This document shows positions 10,184-21,193 of a DNA stretch of 64,000 nt, piece by piece. Each line of letters starts with the position of its first letter. Position 1 is the first letter of the stretch. The stretch comes from an uncultured Planctomycetota bacterium (GTDB lineage: Bacteria; Planctomycetota; Planctomycetia; Isosphaerales; Isosphaeraceae): assembly GCA_963845755.1 (NCBI GenBank), contig CAWJTV010000011.1, positions 1,376,001 to 1,440,000 of the forward strand, read 5' to 3'. The notes beneath the pieces are model-generated. The model had not been told where the DNA came from. It searched no databases and worked only from the letters and a program-made list of their open reading frames with translations. The position numbers and the translations under genes are program-made.

Positions 10184-13100
10184 TTATGAATAGATATCGC
10201 AGGAAATGCAGTATCGTCGGCCGGGGATACCGGGAACCGAGCGGCCACATCCGGGACAGGTCCCGGAGTCCGGCGCGGAGCGGGTCGGGGTGGTCCGGCC
10301 GGGGATGCTTCAACGCGCGGGGCAGGAGCCGGCGGCGGCGGGGATGGCGCCGGTGGCCGCGACGGGCCTGGGACCGTGGGGGCAGGTCTGACGGGGAGGG
10401 GCGGTGAAGGCATTGCCGGCGGCCGAGGCGGGGCCAACGGCGCGGGACGTTGCGGCGCCGCCGGCGGAGGAGCGGTTGCCGTCGCCGAGGCGGCCGTCCG
10501 CACGGTCACGACGATCGACTCGATCGAATGCGATTCATCCGGTCGCATCTCGGTCACCGTCCCCGAAGTCACGTCCTCTCTCTTGATCTTCCCGTCAAGG
10601 AACCGGTATCGGTAGGCCACCGGGGCGGCGCCTCGGGCATAGATCGTGGCGGCCCGCGTATTGCTGCCGATACTGACCGGCTCGACTCCCAGGTTGACGG
10701 TCCGGGATTCTCCGCCGCCATAACAGACCTCGAGCCAGGCCTTGCGAGCGATGCGCTCGGCCAGGGCTAGCATCAGGCCCAGGGCCAGGCCCAGCAGGAT
10801 CGCACCCAGGACGCGACCTCCGGCATCGCCGCCGGGCATTCCGCACAGCGCCAGCGTCGCCCCGAGGAACGCCAGGGCTCCGGCTGCCCCGCCCACGGCC
10901 CCGCCGATCATCCCGCGGTCGGAGGCGCAGGTTGGGTACGAAGAAGGCGAGGACCAGCCCCGCCAGCGAGCCGAGGAGGGACCAGCCCAGGACGCGGAAG
11001 AGCACCTCACCGGCCGGAGTACCCGGGGCCACCTGGTAAAGGAGCTGCCCGGCCACCCCGCCGGCCAGGCCGGCGACCAGGCCGCCGAGCCAGCCCCACA
11101 CCGCGCCGCTTGCCGGCAGCCAGCCCTGGCGCAGATACACATGCTGTCCGGCACAGAGTGCCATCGAGATCATCGCCGTGATCACGGCGGTCCAGGCGGC
11201 GATCGCCGCCAGGAGCCGGAGGGAGCTCCCCACATCGAACGTCTCTTGAGATTGTACGCCTTTGAGCACGGGCGGCGGCGAGATCGCGGGAAGGTCTCGG
11301 GCCGCCTGGGCCGCCGCCAAGGGCGGCGGTGTTGCCGACGCGGGGGATCCAGAGGTGCCACGGCCAGGGCTACGGCCGCCGGGGGCGCGGGCGGCGGCAG
11401 CGACTCCGCGGCCGGGGGCACCGGTGGCTGGCTGGCGATCTTGATGCGTGCGATCTCCCGGCTCACCTCGGGCAATAACTCCGCGAAGGCCCCCGGCTTC
11501 CGCGCGGCTTGCCCGAGGTCGAAGACCGCGCCGCGCGCCTTGGCTTGCAAGGGCTCGAAGACGGGTCGGAACTGGTTGCGAATCACGAGATGAAGCTGGT
11601 CGATCCGGGCTCGATCAAGGAGGTCGGCCATCTGCTCGAGCGACCGGACCTCCAGGTCCGGAATGTGTGGACCGGCGTCGGTGATCAGGATCAGCGCCCG
11701 GCTGGCGTCGTCCCGGAACGACTGGCGGGCCGCCAGCAAGAGAGCATCGAGGCTGCTCTCCGGGATGTCGCCTCCACCGAAAGCGACCAGGCTCTTGCCG
11801 ACCTCCTCGCCGAACGCTCGGTAGTCCTTGGTAAAGACCTCATTACCGATGTGGAGCAATTGCGGCGCGAGATCGAGTGGCTTCGGTGCGAAGAAGCCGA
11901 ACACGGGATGCATGGCCGGCGCCGCGCCGGCGGTGGCCGGGAAGAACCACGGCCTTCTTGGCTGGCTTCATGATCATCAGGTGGTCGCGAAACCCCGTCA
12001 GGCCGATCCGAATGTCCATCTTGCGCTGTTCCAGTTCCCTGGCGAACTCGATGATGCCGTCGCGAATCCCTTCGATGGCCCAGGTCATGCTGGAGGTCAC
12101 GTCCAGGACGAACATGACGTCGACTTTCAGGGGAGCCGACTTGGTGGGGTTGACCGTCAGGTCCAGGCGGCTGAACGCCTTCGGGGGATCCGTCGCGCCG
12201 GGCAGACCATCGGGGCCGGTGGCGGTCACGGACACCGGCTGCGTTCCGACCGAAGCCTCTGCCGTCGCCTGGACCTCGATCTCGCCCTGAGTCGCGTCTT
12301 CCGGCAGTTTGAGCCGCGTGGCGGTCACACCGGCCGGCAAATTGCCGAGCTCCACGTCGACCGGACCGCGGAACTGGTCTCGCGCGACGATCACACCGAA
12401 ACTGTTCTTGCTCGCCTGGTCCACGACCACGCCGGGCGAGACGCTCAGCCGCAATCCCGGGGGTAGTGTCGGACGCGCGTCGATCCTGAGGCTCAACCGG
12501 CTGGCCGCCGTCGGAGGTTCGGTCGCTCCCGGCAGCCGGACGGGGCCGGTCGCGGTCACGGGCAGCGCCTTCGTCCCGACGGGTGCCGACGCATCGGCCT
12601 GGAGCCGGATCTCGCCCGATGTTGCTTCCGGCGACAGGCTCAGCGCATTGGCGGATACGCCCTCCGGGAGCCCTCCCACCTCGACCGTGACCGGACCGCG
12701 GAAGTAGTCCCGCGCGATGACGACTCCGATACGGTTCTCGCCGCCTTGCGGCAAGACGACTTCCGGCGAGACGTTCATCCGCAGCCCCGGCGGGTTTGGC
12801 TGGGCCGCTCGGATGTTCAGTCGGAGACTCGCCGCGGCGGAGCACACGTCGGGTCGTGGAGGGCTTTCTGCCTCCAGGGCGATCTCGCTCGACCCGACCG
12901 TCGAGTCGGCCGCGGCTTCCACCTCCACGTCCGTCTCGCCTCGATCTGCGGGGATGGTGACCGGGGCGATCACGACACCTTCCGGAGGATGAACGGCCTT
13001 CAATGTAACGGGCCCGACCCATCCCTCACGAGCGACCTTGACCCCGAAGCGACCCTTCCCCCCCTGATAGACCTCGAGCCACGGCGACGTAGCCAGGCGC

Positions 13101-13261
13101 AGCGGTGGAATCGAGCGCACGGCCGGCGACGAAGGTCGCAAGACCCTCCAGAGTGCCTCTCCGAAGATGAGGGCGCCGAAGAGACCTCCCAATGCCCCGT
13201 ACAGCCCGAAAAGCCATGGTTTCGGGAGCGTGCGACGCAACCAATCGTTCAAGCCGTTCAT
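10184..13261 (-). CDS. Membrane protein: TM, 3 Ig-like repeats, vWA, Gly-rich TM bundle, degenerate FHA, Pro-rich linker, Zn ribbon (frameshifted)
   Basis: ATG 13261. Three ~105-aa repeats (LR..SP....QGG...GV..AR....GPV). vWA motifs DVMFVLDVTSSM, GGGDIPES, LILITDA. TM helices at about 10.75-11.2 kb. Tail TCPGCGRSVPGIPGRRYCISCDIYS* in a frame missing from the ORF track (TAA 10184-10186). Confidence 0.8.
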
Positions 13262-13411
13262 GGGATTCGACCGCTCCGCAGCAAGGACCCGTCGCAAATT
13301 GCCGGTATCAGGAGATCCACAAATGCCCCGGACTGCTGGATAACTTGCGGGCTGATTCTTCCGCGCCGTGGCCGCCTCGCGATCCTGGTCCCACGGCGAC
13401 GGTGCGCGGAC

Positions 13412-14809
13412 TCAAAAAGAAAGGTCGCAGAGGATACAGTAGCGTTGGCCCGGGGGCACCGGCTTCCGGCAGCTTGGACAGAGAGTCGCTCCGTCTGGGG
13501 CGGTGGTTGGTGCCGAGACGGGTGCGCTCGCCGCGGCCGGCGCCGCCGGCCGCAGCGGTGCCGTCGGGGATGTTGTCGAAGCCGGGGCAGGCCTCGGCAA
13601 CGTCACCGCGGGCACGGGCTTGGGGACGGGAGGGGTCGTCGGGGCTGTGGGTTTCGGCGCCGGGGCGACCGGAGGCTTCAACGGCGGGGCGACCGGAGGC
13701 TTCAACGGCGGGGCGACCGGGGGCTTCAACGGCGGGGCGACCGGGGGGGGCTTCGGCGCCGGGGTGGTCATCGGTGGCGGTGGCGCGGGGGCGGTCATCG
13801 GTGGCGGTGGCGCGGGGGCGGCCATCGGTGGCGCCGGTCGCGGTAATGGCGGTGTGGGCAGCGACACGGGTGGGGGGGCTGACGCGGCGGTCGCGGTCGC
13901 GGGTATCGGGGGAGCCATCCCGGCCGTCGCCGCGGCTTCACTGGACCGGTGGTGTCGCTCGCTGAACCGGATCGAGTTCATCCCGAGCCGGATGACGTCA
14001 CCGTCGTTGAGCAGGACCCGGCCGTCGATCCGCATGTTGTTGACTCGAGTCCCCTGACGGCTCTGGTTATCCTCGAGGGCGAACCGGCCGTCGGGCTGGC
14101 GAGTGATCCGTGCGTGTACCTGCTCCACGTCCGTGTCGCTGCGAGCCATGAAGGGCAAGGTTGCGTATTCGGCACTTCCCAGGATCGTTTGGGACTCGGA
14201 CAGGATGAGCTGGCGGCCGGGCCGATAGCCGTCGAGCACGGTCAACCAGGCAGCCTTGAAGACCACCTTGACCAGCCCGATCAGGATGCCGATACACATC
14301 CCCAGGATGACGAATGCAGTGGCCCGGCTGCTCATCCCCGAGCTCGACGCGATCAGCGCCACGATCGGATCGAACAGGAATCCGCCGACCAGGCCGCCGA
14401 TGGCCCCGCCGATCAAGCCGTTGCGGAGCTTGGCCGGCGATCGCTCGTACAAGCCCTCGACAACGCCGATTCCCGCCCCCATGATCATCCAGCCGAAGGC
14501 GCACGGCAACCGGAAGGAGCTGAACAGGATATCGCCCAGGAAGCCGCCGACGGCCCCTCCGACCCCTCCCGCGATCAAGCCGGGGACGACGCGCTTGATC
14601 TGTTGCTTCCACTGGCCGTTGGCCATCCCGGCGACCAGGTTCAGTCCCGCGCCGATGGCGCCTCCGACCAGGGCACACATCACGATGACACCGGTGCGGC
14701 CTCCCTCCGCGCCGCTCCGGCGGGTCAGGAACTCCGAGACCATCCATCCCAGGAACGCCGACCATCCGCCGATGATCGCGCTATAGTAAATGAGCCGGTT
14801 CAGGGACAT
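13412..14809 (-). CDS. Membrane protein: Gly-rich TM bundle, FHA, Pro-rich linker, Zn ribbon
   Basis: About six Gly-rich hydrophobic helices, an FHA fold (WLTVLDG..ILGS..HARI..LEDNQSRQGTRVN..LNDGDVIRLG), and C-terminal CPSC..YCILC. Confidence 0.88.
   Translation of the reverse strand: MSLNRLIYYSAIIGGWSAFLGWMVSEFLTRRSGAEGGRTGVIVMCALVGGAIGAGLNLVAGMANGQWKQQIKRVVPGLIAGGVGGAVGGFLGDILFSSFRLPCAFGWMIMGAGIGVVEGLYERSPAKLRNGLIGGAIGGLVGGFLFDPIVALIASSSGMSSRATAFVILGMCIGILIGLVKVVFKAAWLTVLDGYRPGRQLILSESQTILGSAEYATLPFMARSDTDVEQVHARITRQPDGRFALEDNQSRQGTRVNNMRIDGRVLLNDGDVIRLGMNSIRFSERHHRSSEAAATAGMAPPIPATATAASAPPPVSLPTPPLPRPAPPMAAPAPPPPMTAPAPPPPMTTPAPKPPPVAPPLKPPVAPPLKPPVAPPLKPPVAPAPKPTAPTTPPVPKPVPAVTLPRPAPASTTSPTAPLRPAAPAAASAPVSAPTTAPDGATLCPSCRKPVPPGQRYCILCDLSF
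13661..13747. repeat. Coding 24-bp tandem repeat (about 3.5 copies, PPVAPPLK)
   Basis: cggggcgaccggaggcttcaacgg repeated from 13661, followed by ~30-bp repeats encoding APAPPPPMT. Confidence 0.9.
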
Positions 14810-14964
14810 GCCTACCTCGTTTCTTACAGGCTGTTTCCGAAAGGGGACTGGTTCCGAGTCTTCGAGGTGCCTGTCCCCGTCGGGAAACAGCTCCTTACGC
14901 GAGTGGCGACGGTTCTCGATGCCGTCACGCCGGTCAAGCCGTATTCCACGGTCGCTCGGCGGCT

Positions 14965-16563
14965 TCAGTGAGTCAAGTCGCCCGGCTGGATCTCGATGGT
15001 CGCGTGGATATCTACTCCATCAGGGGACAATCGGGCAGAGACGTCGCGCCGACCCTCCACGCGCTGTCCCGGAACGACGAGCCAGTTCACCTGGGTATAG
15101 CCGGCGGTCGCGGCGGCGGCGACGGGCATCGCGGCCGTATGTCCGCCGGCGAGGGCCAGGCCCTCGGGGAGCGTAAGCGTGACCGACTGCCCCGCGCGGG
15201 GGTTGCGCACCAGGGCCGAGACCCAGAACGGCTTTCCCGATCGGAACGGGCCGCGGGGCACGAGCGAGAGTTGGACGTCGGGCGGCTGGACCCTCAGCGT
15301 CTGCCGTTCGGTGACCGTGCCGGGCTCGAGCGCGGCCTGGACCTCGGCATCCCCGATCAATCCCGGCGCGATCTCGACGAGCCAGCTCAATTGCGTATAC
15401 GCGCCCGAGCCTTCCACCGGCTGCGAGAGCGATTCGGGACGACGCGCCGTCAGGCCGGCCGGCAGCGTGATCTGGACCGTTTGGCCGCGGTGGGGGTTGT
15501 TCACCAGCGCGACCAGCCAGAACGACGAGCCCGCCCGGATCGGGCCGCCGGCCGTCAGGCTCAACCGGGCGTTCCGGGTCGCCGTGCTCGAGATCGTCCC
15601 CAGGCCGTAGGAGAACCCCAACGCCCGGGTGTGGCCCGGCTCGAGCGCCGTCGTTGCGTAGTAGAGTCCCGCCGCCGTGTCGTTGCCGAAAGGCATGTGC
15701 CGATCGTAGTTCCACGCGGCGTTCTCCCCTGGCCAGTGCGAGAGCAAGAGCTCGCCCGGACGCTCCTCCCCCTCGGCAGGGACCAGGTTGATGTTGACGA
15801 TCACGCCGGGACTCGCAGGGATGGGCCGCTCCAGCGACTGGACGAAGTCGGGTACCTCGCTGCCCTCGACGACCAGAGGGCCGGTGACGAGCCCGTCGCG
15901 GCCCGGCACGATGAACGGGACGCCGTCGTTGTCGCCGATCAACGTATCCAGCATCGCGCGAAGGCCCACCTGACGGGTCGTCACGCCCGTGTTCCGCAGC
16001 TCGTAGGTCACTCGGAGCGTGTCCATGCGCTGGGAGACATCGCCGGCGACGAGCCGAAGCGTCTGACGGACCAGGATGTCCCGGAACGACCACGCCATGA
16101 CGATCGCACCGTCGGCCTCGGTATGCCAGGGTTCGACGGTCTCACCCTCGGAATCGCCGAAAATGGGCGCCCGGCCGTCGACCATCAGCCGCGTGTTGTT
16201 CGTCTGCCCGTCCGGGCTGTATGTGAGTCGTTTATCGTCGTCGGACGGATCGTCCGGATTACCCGTCAGGCAGCTCAGGCCGAACCGGCCGTCAGGCGTC
16301 CGTTTCACGATCACCCGGGGAGTCGGGTCGACCACGCGAGCGGGCGGCGGTGGTGGAGGGGGTGGCGGTGGAGGGGGAGGCGCGAGGGCGACGTCCGGTT
16401 CCGCTTGCGGAGCCGGCGGGGGCGGTGGAGTTCCCGAATCCATCAGATAGACGACGCCAAGGACGACCGTCAGCGCGACCGCGACAATCCCATCGGCCAT
16501 GAACCGCCACGAGGACGGTCGCGCGGTCGCCGGGTCGTTGATGTCGTCTGCCGTCGTCGTCAT
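14965..16563 (-). CDS. Single-TM protein: polyproline linker, beta-rich domain, two Ig-like repeats
   Basis: TM GIVAVALTVVLGVVYL and a long Pro run. Domain with TNNTRLMVDG and DTLIGDNDGVPF. Duplicated C-terminal unit (GP.R.G..FW..ALV.NP..GQ.V..TLP.GL...YTQ..WLV). Confidence 0.8.
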   Translation of the reverse strand: MTTTADDINDPATARPSSWRFMADGIVAVALTVVLGVVYLMDSGTPPPPPAPQAEPDVALAPPPPPPPPPPPPPARVVDPTPRVIVKRTPDGRFGLSCLTGNPDDPSDDDKRLTYSPDGQTNNTRLMVDGRAPIFGDSEGETVEPWHTEADGAIVMAWSFRDILVRQTLRLVAGDVSQRMDTLRVTYELRNTGVTTRQVGLRAMLDTLIGDNDGVPFIVPGRDGLVTGPLVVEGSEVPDFVQSLERPIPASPGVIVNINLVPAEGEERPGELLLSHWPGENAAWNYDRHMPFGNDTAAGLYYATTALEPGHTRALGFSYGLGTISSTATRNARLSLTAGGPIRAGSSFWLVALVNNPHRGQTVQITLPAGLTARRPESLSQPVEGSGAYTQLSWLVEIAPGLIGDAEVQAALEPGTVTERQTLRVQPPDVQLSLVPRGPFRSGKPFWVSALVRNPRAGQSVTLTLPEGLALAGGHTAAMPVAAAATAGYTQVNWLVVPGQRVEGRRDVSARLSPDGVDIHATIEIQPGDLTH

Positions 16564-16616
16564 CGTGAGCCTCCGATCCCGCCCTTACTCCGCGCCCGCC
16601 GCGGTTCCCGGGAGGG

Positions 16617-19076
16617 TCAGCGCGCAATCTCGGTGTTAGAGACCATCTCGTCGAGGGTTCGGCGGAGGTCCACCTGGAAATTCACGAGAGCGCCGCTGCG
16701 CTCGGCAAACTGTGGCGACGCAGTCGTCGGTTCCAGCGAGTGGACTCGCCCGAGGTCGCGCTGGGCGAGCGCCGCGTTGCCCGTGAGATGGTGGTAGGCT
16801 CCGCGCAGGTACCAGGTTACGGAACTGGACGGATTGAGAAAAATCGCCTCGTCGAGGTCCTTGATCTTGAAGTTGGTCAGATTGTTCGCAATCAGGGCCG
16901 CGATCGCTTTGCTCACGATACGCTCCGAAACGACGGCATCCTGCTGCTGCCACCTGAGGTGGGGCGTGTCGAGCTTCAGGCCGGTTTCGCTGCCGATCAG
17001 CTTGCGGATCAAGTCCTCCAGGTTCTTGAGGTCCCGCTTGCCTCCCGAAGCGCGGCCATCCAGCACGAGCGCGGACGCGTCATTGTAGTAGGCACGCTCC
17101 AGGATCACGCCATTGGCCTCGGGGTAGTATGCGAGCTGATTGGAGAGGCGCTCGAGGAGCGCGCGCAGTGGGAAAACGGCGAACGTGCCGGCTCGCACTC
17201 GCACGGCGGCCGGCGGCGACAGATCGGGCCAGGCTTGGGCCGCGGCCTTGCCGGCGAGGGGGACCACGCCCTGGGCTTGCCCCTCATGGTCTTGACGGCC
17301 GGAGAGGACGAGGACGTTCTCTTCGTCGAAGATGCCCCGCTCGACCAATACCCCGTCGAGCGCCGGGTCGCGCACCACCAGTTTGCGAAGCTCGGCCACG
17401 AGGCGGTTCGGGCGTGACGTGATCTGTTTCACGACGGGGGCGCCTACCGTCTTGAGGAGCTCGTCCTCCTTCAGCCAGGCTTCGAGTCGCGCCTCGACGC
17501 TGCCCTGGGAACCCGCGATCGTCGCCCCTTGCAGGACCAGCTCGGGAGCCAGGTCAGGACCCTCGGCCGCGCGGAAGAAGAGGCGGTCGAGACTGGTTTC
17601 GTCGAATTCTGCGGCGATCTTCCCGCGAAGAACCCGGAGCGACCGATCGGTCGGGGTTGTTTTCAACCGGAAGGTAGGTGGGCCGCCGACCTTGCCTCGG
17701 GTTTTCTTGGCCAGGGCGGGCGTGAGTATGTCGGCGAGTCGCTCGGACTGCGCCGGACCCAACCACAGGCCTTCGAACGTCGTCTCACCCTGAGGGCCGA
17801 ACGTCAAGTCCTTAAGGAAGACGCCATCGAGCGCCGGATCGGCCGCGACGTTCGCCTGGAGGTCCCGCACGGGGTTGGGCAGCTCGGTCACGCCGTTCTG
17901 CGCGGCGTAATCCGGGGCCGGGGGCGGAAACAAGAGCCGACTCTCCTTCCGTAGCGGCCCGGTGACCGCATCCGAGCCGGAATCGCCAGCCCCCAGGATC
18001 ACGCCTTCGAACCGAAGCTGAAGTCCACCTCCCCGTTCCGGATAGATGAAGACGGCGCGGTCCAACCGGCAGTAGCGGAGCGCTTCAGTCGCCGTGTCGC
18101 GGTTCGAATCCGCGGCGAATCGCTGCTGAAGGCCGGAAAGCAGTGTCTTGCGCCAGGGCCCGACCACCATCGAGGCGACCGCGGTCGCCGGCTCGGCGGG
18201 CGGCTTGCCGCCGGGCCGAGCGTAGGCCGTCACGAACTCCGGGCGCGCGAGGAACGCCGCGGCCGCGGCGCGCTGATTCTCGTCGGCGAGCAAGCCGTCG
18301 AGCGTCAACAGTCCCTCGGCGTCGAACCGGGCGTCATAGAAGAGCAGGTCGTCGAGCTGTGACTCGTTCGCCAACCGCTGGAGCCTCCGGACCGGGTTCT
18401 CCTGGAAGGCGACCTCGCTGGCCGAGAGGTGGCCAAGAGCATCGGGGTGAACTCCCTGGGGGAGTGCGTATCCTTTGAGGCGATCGCGGATGCCGTCCGC
18501 AATCCGCCCCAGCCAGTCGTCGGCCTGGGTCTTGCGAGCGACGTATGCGCTCTGATTGATGCAGAGGCCCACCACCCGAAGTCGCCCATTCCTATCATAA
18601 TAGACGTCGTCGATCCGAGTTTGCTGGAATAAATCCGGCCGGACTTTCCGATCGGCATTCGCCTTGGCGAATTCGCGGCGAAGTCTCGGCAGCAAGTCGC
18701 TCCGGACCGGGAATACAATCAGGTTCGCTGCGCTTACGCCCCCGGGGATCTGGGCCTTCCAGGCGGGTGTGTCATCCAGCAACTGCCTGGCCTCGGCCTC
18801 GATCAAGCCCGCCTGCTCGGCTCGGTCGACCGTGCCTGCGAGTATCAGCGTCCCATCCTTCAGTTCGCCCGGCTGGACGAGGGCCCCGCGCAGCCCGTCC
18901 TTCGACTCGCAGGCCAACTTGAGACGCGCGACGATCTGCCGGACGGCGGCCGGGGCCGACGATGCGGCCGCGTCCTGCCCGGGCGCATCATGCTGCGGAC
19001 TGAGGAGCACCAGACCCGCAATGACGACGGCCCAGGCGGCTCGCAATCGGGATCGTCTACCGTTGATCATGGCCAT
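16617..19076 (-). CDS. Exported protein with about 8 BON-like repeats and a C-terminal TPR
   Basis: Signal-like N-terminus, recurring units such as ALDGVLVERGIFDEENVLVLSG, and a TPR-like end (LDEAIFLNPSSSVTWYLRGAYHHLTG). Intact 819-aa ORF. Confidence 0.7.
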   Translation of the reverse strand: MAMINGRRSRLRAAWAVVIAGLVLLSPQHDAPGQDAAASSAPAAVRQIVARLKLACESKDGLRGALVQPGELKDGTLILAGTVDRAEQAGLIEAEARQLLDDTPAWKAQIPGGVSAANLIVFPVRSDLLPRLRREFAKANADRKVRPDLFQQTRIDDVYYDRNGRLRVVGLCINQSAYVARKTQADDWLGRIADGIRDRLKGYALPQGVHPDALGHLSASEVAFQENPVRRLQRLANESQLDDLLFYDARFDAEGLLTLDGLLADENQRAAAAAFLARPEFVTAYARPGGKPPAEPATAVASMVVGPWRKTLLSGLQQRFAADSNRDTATEALRYCRLDRAVFIYPERGGGLQLRFEGVILGAGDSGSDAVTGPLRKESRLLFPPPAPDYAAQNGVTELPNPVRDLQANVAADPALDGVFLKDLTFGPQGETTFEGLWLGPAQSERLADILTPALAKKTRGKVGGPPTFRLKTTPTDRSLRVLRGKIAAEFDETSLDRLFFRAAEGPDLAPELVLQGATIAGSQGSVEARLEAWLKEDELLKTVGAPVVKQITSRPNRLVAELRKLVVRDPALDGVLVERGIFDEENVLVLSGRQDHEGQAQGVVPLAGKAAAQAWPDLSPPAAVRVRAGTFAVFPLRALLERLSNQLAYYPEANGVILERAYYNDASALVLDGRASGGKRDLKNLEDLIRKLIGSETGLKLDTPHLRWQQQDAVVSERIVSKAIAALIANNLTNFKIKDLDEAIFLNPSSSVTWYLRGAYHHLTGNAALAQRDLGRVHSLEPTTASPQFAERSGALVNFQVDLRRTLDEMVSNTEIAR

Positions 19077-19108
19077 CCTCCGGGGAAGTTCGCGAGTGTG
19101 TCGCGTGC

Positions 19109-21116
19109 TCAGTTCGTGCGTAAAGCGCCCGAGAGCCGCGCGCCTGAGAACAGGTGGAAGAACAGGTGAAGTAACCCGGGTCCCGTTTCATTTGTATTTA
19201 TTAAATTTATAATATTCTTCAAAGTTAACATTGAAATCGAACCATGGGCAACCCGTTCGTGGGCCGTTATCGCTTCGTCCGGCCCGTCTTCCGGACCGGC
19301 CGGTGCGACGGATCCGGTCGATGATTCCGGCTCGGCCGTGGCGGCCGCTGGCTCGACCGGCGGGGCGTTCCCTTCCGTGAGGGCGTCGGCCGCTCCTGGC
19401 GGTTCCGGCTCCTCGGGGGATTCGGGGACGCGTTCGGGCTCCGACTCTCCGGATTCATCGGTGGGGAGCGTCGGCAGGCGCAGGACCAGGAGCGTACAAT
19501 CGTCGTTGACGATGGCGTCCTGATCGCGGAGCGCCTCGATCTCCTGTCGCCAGGTCTCCTGGTCAACGTCCCAGAGACGGCCCCAATCGGGGGGCGTCCC
19601 GGACTCGATCTCGACTAGCAGCCGCTGGGCCATCGCGTCGGTCGCGAAGACCAACAGATCGTCGGGTAGCAGGTCGCCCCGGGTCACGGCTGCCGGCGGC
19701 GTCGGTCGCATCGCTTTCGATTGATAGAGCAGGGGGGTCACGTTGAAGTCGGCCGATGCGCCGATCGGGAAGGCTGCGATCATGCGTCCGTCACGGATGT
19801 GGAACATGCAGATGTCGCCCACCACCCACGCCGTCCAGCCGATCGCGCCGGCCGGGTCATTTCCGTCTCGATCGACCGGGGGCGAATCGAGGCGGAAGCC
19901 CAGGAACGTGGCCGCGCCGCACGATCGATCGATCTTCAACTGGATCGACCACCGCTGTTCCGGATACCGGACCGCCTCGAACCAGGCCCGGCGCCGCTCC
20001 TGGATCCACGGATCGACCGCCGCCATGTCGTCGAGGGCCACTCGGCTGCGCGAGGAAGCTCTTCAAGAGGAGCTCTACCCAGAGCTTGGTGAAGATGCCG
20101 TCGCTGGCTCCGTCGGCCAGGGCGAGCACGCCTCCGGCCGCGTCCGGGGCGAAGCCGTCTTCCCACTCCTTTTCGTCATTGCCGCGCTTCGGCATCCAGA
20201 GCGCGCGGATCTCGAACCGGGGCGGCCCCGCCGGTTCGGGCGCGGGGATTTCGGGTGCCGGCTCGCTCTCCGGTGCCGGCTCGGGTCCGGGTTCGGCCGT
20301 CACCTGCACCGCGGACTCCTCGACTTCCGCGGGAGGCGGTTCCGGGACGGGCGGAGGCGGCGCCACGTGCGACCAGAGCCGACGGACGAACTGGCCGATG
20401 CCGCGCGCGGCGGAGAGCTTGTTGACGAACATCCAACGCGGTGGCGGAGTGCCCGGTTCGGCGGCTCCGTCGGTGGGGTAGGGACTGCTCATGGCCCAGA
20501 GGTCACCACAAGGGCTTTCGGGGACCGGAACGAACGCCGAGGAGGTGGCTCCGCGGCGGAATAAACAATGCACCATCACGACCCCGGGGATCAGGTCGTT
20601 CAGGGCCGCGACATCACCGCCGATCGGCCCATCGGACGTGTCGCCATCGGTGCAATGGACGATGATCGGCGGGGCCGCTCCGGGGTGCTCGGCGGTCCAG
20701 CGAGCGAGCAAGCGGCTCGTGTAGACCAGGGCCGCGTGCGCCGGGGCGTTGCCCGAGGGCTTGACCTCGATCCTCACAGGTCGGCGGTTCCCGTCCGAGG
20801 CCGTGATCGACCCGGCGAGCTCGCGGAGCGGAACGAGGAGGCGGTCGGGCCCCGAGCCCGGCAAGAGCGGGCGAAGCCGTTGCTTGCCGTCTGCCTTGGT
20901 GGAGTAGGCTAACACACCCAGCTCGAAGCACGTTGAATCGATCGCGGGCTCTCCCGCGAACCGGACCAGATCGTTGATGAGCCGGTCCACGGTCCGTTGC
21001 GCCGCGGCGATCTTGGTCGCCAACGGGCCCGTGTAGGCCGTGTCGCGCATCGAGTCCGAGGCCTGGATCAGGCAGATCAGGCAACCGGTTGCGAGGCGAG
21101 CTGGGACTTCGTCCAT
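19109..21116 (-). CDS. Degenerate TerY-like vWA fused to a PP2C phosphatase; frameshift near 20040, 3' end uncertain
   Basis: GAGGT RBS and ATG 21116. vWA-like CLIQASDSM..IVHCTDG, an acidic Pro linker, then PP2C motifs WEDGF, LADGASDG, ATFLG, VGDICMF, FATDAM and NDDCTLL. Confidence 0.82.
19185..19240 (-). promoter_or_regulatory. AT-rich island, candidate internal promoter for the downstream four genes
   Basis: Minus strand reads tttcaatgttaactttgaagaatattataaatttaataaatac, extremely AT-rich for this DNA, about 110 bp upstream of ATG 19076. Confidence 0.4.
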
Positions 21117-21193
21117 CGGGAGACCTCGTCGCTTCCCCGCATCGTGACACCCCCGAGCGGGCCGGGCAGGGTCTGCTCGGGGGACAGCCTGGC

